A DNA stretch of 64,000 bases from Thermodesulfobacteriota bacterium. GTDB taxonomy: Bacteria > Desulfobacterota_D > UBA1144 > Nemesobacterales > Nemesobacteraceae. Each line of letters starts with the position of its first letter. Within the stretch, counting starts at the first letter, position 1. A program made the position numbers and the translations under genes. The notes beneath the pieces are model-generated. The model did not search any database. It was not told the origin of the DNA and saw nothing but the letters and a program-made list of their open reading frames with translations. Positions 60,010-64,000 of the stretch are shown one piece after another. The stretch spans positions 352,001 to 416,000 of the forward strand of contig OZ241855.1 of assembly GCA_965202785.1 (NCBI GenBank). Reading direction: 5' to 3'.

Positions 60010-60819
60010 ATGTCAGACAGTTTAAAGACCCCACAGTTTGCACCGGTAGGAGAAAAAGAGGTCACCCGGGCCATAGTCGAGGGATTCTCGGATGAATTCA
60101 GCGAATACATTACAAGCGACGTCATAATCGTCGGCGCGGGGCCAAGCGGGCTCGTGGCGGCAAAGGACATAGCGAAAAGAAAGTACAAGGTTCTGCTCGT
60201 TGAAAGAATGAACTACCTCGGAGGAGGATTCTGGATCGGCGGATACCTGATGAACAAGGTTACCGTACGCGCCCCGGGCCAGACGGTTCTCGATGAGATT
60301 GAAGTACCGTATGAAGAGGTCTCCGAAGGACTTTTCGTCGCCGATGGCCCTTACGCCTGTTCGAAGTTGATAGCGACGGCGTGCGAAGCCGGGGCTAAAG
60401 TGAGGAATATGACTCTGTTTGACGATCTGGTTTACAGGGAAAACGGAAGGGTCGCGGGAATAGTGATCAACTGGACGCCCATCGCAAACATGCCCAAGGA
60501 AATAACCTGCCTTGACCCCGTAGCAATAGAATCAAAACTGGTAATAGACGCCACAGGGCACGATGCCTACTGCGTTTCCAGGCTCTCCCAGCAGGGTCTT
60601 TACAAAAAACTTCCGGGTCACGGATCGATGTGGGTCGAGAAATCGGAAGAGGCACTCGTTGAATACACGGGAGAAGTGCACCCCGGTCTGCTCGCATGCG
60701 GAATGGCAGTTAACACCACCTTCGGGCTTCCGAGGATGGGACCCACTTTCGGCGGGATGCTGCTTTCCGGGAAAAAGGTAGCCCAGGTGGCGATAAACAT
60801 CCTTGATGAAATGGACTAG
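60010..60819 (+). CDS. thi4: Thiamine thiazole synthase Thi4, Cys type
   Basis: GAGPSG, ITCLDP (active-site Cys), [19 protein letters not shown]. Confidence 0.92.
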   Translation: MSDSLKTPQFAPVGEKEVTRAIVEGFSDEFSEYITSDVIIVGAGPSGLVAAKDIAKRKYKVLLVERMNYLGGGFWIGGYLMNKVTVRAPGQTVLDEIEVPYEEVSEGLFVADGPYACSKLIATACEAGAKVRNMTLFDDLVYRENGRVAGIVINWTPIANMPKEITCLDPVAIESKLVIDATGHDAYCVSRLSQQGLYKKLPGHGSMWVEKSEEALVEYTGEVHPGLLACGMAVNTTFGLPRMGPTFGGMLLSGKKVAQVAINILDEMD

Positions 60820-60866
60820 AGACTGGGACAGTCTCCCGTTTATTGCCGCGTAGCGGGGCGCAGTCT

Positions 60867-61619
60867 TTACCGCCTTTTTGCTATTTTTCTTATTTCCCTC
60901 TCGCACTCGGCGCATAAAAAGCCCGAGTACTGTATATCAAGAACTTCTTTCTGCCAGTGCGAATTAAAAAGCGCGCATTTGCCGTTTTCACAGAACTCCT
61001 TCCCGGAGAAATGATGCAGAAGAGGCTGAAGCACGTAGGGACCTGTTATCTTCGTTATCCTCTCGTCTTCGTAATCGACAAACTTTCCCCGGAACGCCTC
61101 GTCAAGCTCTGAGAGATTCTTTCCCGACCGGATAAACTCCGCCTTCAGAAAATAATACTCCCTGGGTCTTGCCGGGCCTTCCACAAGTCCCGTGGTTGAA
61201 ATAAAGGACGGAAATCCCGAGATTATAACCCTTGCGTGGTATCTCCGGGACCCGTAAGTGCCGAGCAGTCTTCCCGTGATAACCGCGTGAAAGCCGTTTT
61301 CCGAGAGTTCGCCGGGATGCTTTCTAAGAAAAAATTTCGAGAATATTCTCTGAACCCAGAAACCGTCATAAAGCTCCTTTTCAAACGGTTCGGACGGCGG
61401 ATGAGTTTCGAAGAAATCAACGGGCGTTTCAATGTTGAGAACCCTAGCCATCGAGAGGAAGGATTCAAGTTCGGACATCTCCTCGGCCGCAAGCGAGAGA
61501 TAGGTAAGAAAGTCCCCGCGAAACTCAACCGAAAGACCCAGATTCGTGAGAAAATCCGTTACGTCCTGAATGACAAGCGATTGCGAAGGACTGTCAGAGT
61601 AAAGGTATACGGGGAACAT
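60867..61619 (-). CDS. DUF6775-like putative metallopeptidase
   Basis: YDGF, RYHARV, ISTTGLVEGPARPREYY, FC...C.LFNSHWQ, C..C. Confidence 0.6.
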   Translation of the reverse strand: MFPVYLYSDSPSQSLVIQDVTDFLTNLGLSVEFRGDFLTYLSLAAEEMSELESFLSMARVLNIETPVDFFETHPPSEPFEKELYDGFWVQRIFSKFFLRKHPGELSENGFHAVITGRLLGTYGSRRYHARVIISGFPSFISTTGLVEGPARPREYYFLKAEFIRSGKNLSELDEAFRGKFVDYEDERITKITGPYVLQPLLHHFSGKEFCENGKCALFNSHWQKEVLDIQYSGFLCAECEREIRKIAKRR

Positions 61620-61640
61620 TGAAGCAAAACTCCCAGTTTC

Positions 61641-62114
61641 TCAGAAATCATAGCCGGAGGAGAACTCGGCTACGATTTCAATTTCCACCGGGGAGTCCAT
61701 CGGAAGTGCGGGAACTCCCACCGCAACCCTCGCGTGGCGTCCGTTCTCAGAGAGTATGTCGGAGAAGAGCTCTGAGGCACCGTTAACCACCTTGTGCTGT
61801 TCCGTAAATCCGGGGGCGCTGGCCACGTAACCCGTCACTTTCACGATCCTGCTCAGCTGGCGAAGATCTTCCAAGGTATGACTGATCACGGAAAGGCCGT
61901 TTATCGCCGCAAGCCTAGCCGCTTCGTAGCCCTCCTCAACCGCAAGATCGGACCCCACTTTGCCCAGGAAGAGAAGCTTTCCTTTTTCAACGGGAAGCTG
62001 GCCTGATACGAAAATCAGATTGCCCGACACAGTAGCAGGAACATAGCTTCCCAAGGCCGGAACCTCCTCCGCAAGCTCGATTCCAAGTTCTGCGAGTTTT
62101 TCCTCTATCATCAC
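61641..62114 (-). CDS. RidA/YjgF family protein
   Basis: YVPA, SGQLP, VVNGASEL, HARVAVG, VEIE. Confidence 0.9.
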   Translation of the reverse strand: MMIEEKLAELGIELAEEVPALGSYVPATVSGNLIFVSGQLPVEKGKLLFLGKVGSDLAVEEGYEAARLAAINGLSVISHTLEDLRQLSRIVKVTGYVASAPGFTEQHKVVNGASELFSDILSENGRHARVAVGVPALPMDSPVEIEIVAEFSSGYDF

Positions 62115-63511
62115 TCGTCCCCTGTCTTTACGCCAAGATATATTGTCCTTCCCTTGCGCTCGATAAGGAAAAGCAGGGTTTCCTTCGACCCGTGCTCCTC
62201 AAGCGCTTCCTGATATTCGTCGAGTCCGCCAACGGCATCTCCGTTTACCTCCAGTATCACGTCGCCCGGGAGAAATCCTGATTCGGAGGCGAGGCTCCCG
62301 CGTGCAACTCTTGCGATAATGACTCCGCCCGACGCCTTGATCTGGAACCGGCTTCTGAGTTGCTCGGTTATCTCGCTCACTTCAATGCCGAGTTCCTCCT
62401 CCGTTTTCAGCTTGTCGGGGGATTCCTCGATTTTTTCGTTCTCGGGATGTTCGATAAGCTTTATGGTAAATACCCTCTCCTTCCCGTCGCGAAGCACCAC
62501 GAATTTCGTATCGACCCCGGGTTTGGTAAGCGCCAGCTTTCTTGCAAGCGTAGCGGCGTCCGGAACCTTCTCCCCTTCGACGGAAACAATAACGTCTCCC
62601 CTTCTGATGCCCGCCTTGTCCGCCGGACTTCCTTCCTTGACCTCGGACACTAGTCCTCCCTTGTCGCGGTTGATCCCGAGAGCTTCGGAGATTTCCGGGG
62701 TTAGATCCTGAATCATTATTCCGAGCCAGCCCCTGACAACCTTTCCATGAACCTTGAGGTGCTCAACGACAGTCTTCGCCATGTTTATCGGTATGGCGAA
62801 ACCAAGGCCCTGGCCGCGGGCCATGACCGCAGTGTTCACGCCCACCACCTTGCCCTCATAGTCAAAAAGCGGTCCCCCGCTGTTTCCGGGGTTAATAGCC
62901 GCATCGGTCTGAATGAAATTGTCGTATCGCCCGATTCCAAGAGCCCTCCCCTTCGCGCTGACTATCCCGGCGGTAACCGTGTGACCCAGGCCGAAAGGGT
63001 TTCCGATGGCGAATACCCCGTCTCCTATAGCAAGGGCCGAGGAATCGCCCATTTCCACCGCGGGAAGAGGCTCTTCGGGATCGATTTTCAGCAACGCCAG
63101 ATCGGTTGCGGGATCGGTGCCGACTATCTTGGCAGTGTATTTCTTGCCGCCTTCAAGTATCACCTCGATCTCTTCGGCTTTTCTTACGACGTGGTTATTG
63201 GTAATTACGTAGCCGTCGGAACTCATTACGAAGCCGGAACCGAGTCCCTTGTTCCTGAATTCCCTCCCCGGCGTCTGCTCGGGGAAAAACTTTTCGAAAA
63301 ACTTCTTGAAATATTCATCCTGGTACGGAGAAGCAAACGGCGACGCCTTTATCACGTTCGTCGTACTTATATTAACGACCGAAGGGGTAAGACGCTTTAC
63401 CGTTGGCGAGATGGAATCGGAGGAACCATGGGAGAAAGCTTCCGATAGAGAAAACGAGAAAACCGTCGGCACAATGAAGAAAAAAAGCAGATATCTAAGT
63501 GAGTTCATCAA
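62111..63511 (-). CDS. degQ: HtrA/DegQ serine protease with two PDZ domains
   Basis: GSGF, TNNHV, TDLALL, INPGNSGGPL. Confidence 0.92.
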   Translation of the reverse strand: MMNSLRYLLFFFIVPTVFSFSLSEAFSHGSSDSISPTVKRLTPSVVNISTTNVIKASPFASPYQDEYFKKFFEKFFPEQTPGREFRNKGLGSGFVMSSDGYVITNNHVVRKAEEIEVILEGGKKYTAKIVGTDPATDLALLKIDPEEPLPAVEMGDSSALAIGDGVFAIGNPFGLGHTVTAGIVSAKGRALGIGRYDNFIQTDAAINPGNSGGPLFDYEGKVVGVNTAVMARGQGLGFAIPINMAKTVVEHLKVHGKVVRGWLGIMIQDLTPEISEALGINRDKGGLVSEVKEGSPADKAGIRRGDVIVSVEGEKVPDAATLARKLALTKPGVDTKFVVLRDGKERVFTIKLIEHPENEKIEESPDKLKTEEELGIEVSEITEQLRSRFQIKASGGVIIARVARGSLASESGFLPGDVILEVNGDAVGGLDEYQEALEEHGSKETLLFLIERKGRTIYLGVKTGDE

Positions 63512-63558
63512 AATTACGCTCCGGAATCAAAAATTTTTTAAACCGAGGGACACTGATC

Positions 63559-64000
63559 TCAAAGGGGATCTTTAAGCATGTTGTCCCAGTACCTGAAAAG
63601 CTGCCTGCTCGAATACGCCCTCACAATATAATCACGAATAGACGAAAGAACACCGCTTTCGGTGTATATGAATTTCCCCATGATCCTTGACTGGTTCTGA
63701 ACTTTGTTCACCCTTCCCTTTCTTCTTGACTCATACTGCCAGAAGGCGTGAGTGAGGTTCACTGAATCGGTTCTGCAAAGTTCCTCGGCCAAAACGGCTG
63801 CCGATTCCATCGCCATTGATACGCCGGCGCCGGCGTTCGGCAGTATCGCGTGAGCCGAATCTCCGACAAGCACCACTCTTCCTCGCGACCAGCTATTCAT
63901 TCTGAGGTCGTTGTACTCGTCATAGTAAATATTACGGGGGTCATCAAGACTGCGCAGGATTTCCGGCACCACGCCTCCGAACTCGGCAAAACTCTGACGG
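63559..64000 (-). CDS. FAD-dependent monooxygenase, C-terminal part (starts beyond the window)
   Basis: GRVVLVGDSAHA..P.AG.G..MAMES. Confidence 0.85.
   Translation of the reverse strand, partial: RQSFAEFGGVVPEILRSLDDPRNIYYDEYNDLRMNSWSRGRVVLVGDSAHAILPNAGAGVSMAMESAAVLAEELCRTDSVNLTHAFWQYESRRKGRVNKVQNQSRIMGKFIYTESGVLSSIRDYIVRAYSSRQLFRYWDNMLKDPL

Overview
Bacterial chromosomal window. Housekeeping genes are tmk, acs, holB, metG, ilvD, coaBC, bioB-A-F, prs-rplY-pth-hppA, rpsF-rpsR-rplI and degQ. They are interleaved with accessory modules: a rhodanese-SufE-SufU sulfur-relay cluster next to an uncharacterised nitroreductase-fold protein; cofG/cofH (deazaflavin FO/F420); a porin plus two tandem BCCT transporters; an Aap amino-acid ABC system flanked by duplicated binding-protein genes; a Prb-like family-5 ABC importer; two vapBC modules; and archaeal-type thi4 and DUF6775-like genes. 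Gene style and eukaryote-like surface domains suggest a marine host-associated Desulfobacterota-like organism such as Ca. Dadabacteria (inference only). Most notable: three secreted proteins (FN3/Calx-beta/Cache-like, Spondin_N, tandem Cache-like) share a C-terminal Gly/Asp-GC...SA(F/L)..L-TM-basic tail, pointing to a lineage-specific Cys-dependent surface-sorting system. The largest of these has a G11 tract that puts its best-supported start out of frame (candidate phase variation). Also seen: two probable ATA start codons, a BCCT paralog with CaiT-like antiporter signatures, and a Cys-type (suicide) Thi4 appended to the S6-S18-L9 operon. No rRNA, tRNA, CRISPR array or intact transposase was seen. 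All family assignments are from motif recognition, not database searches.
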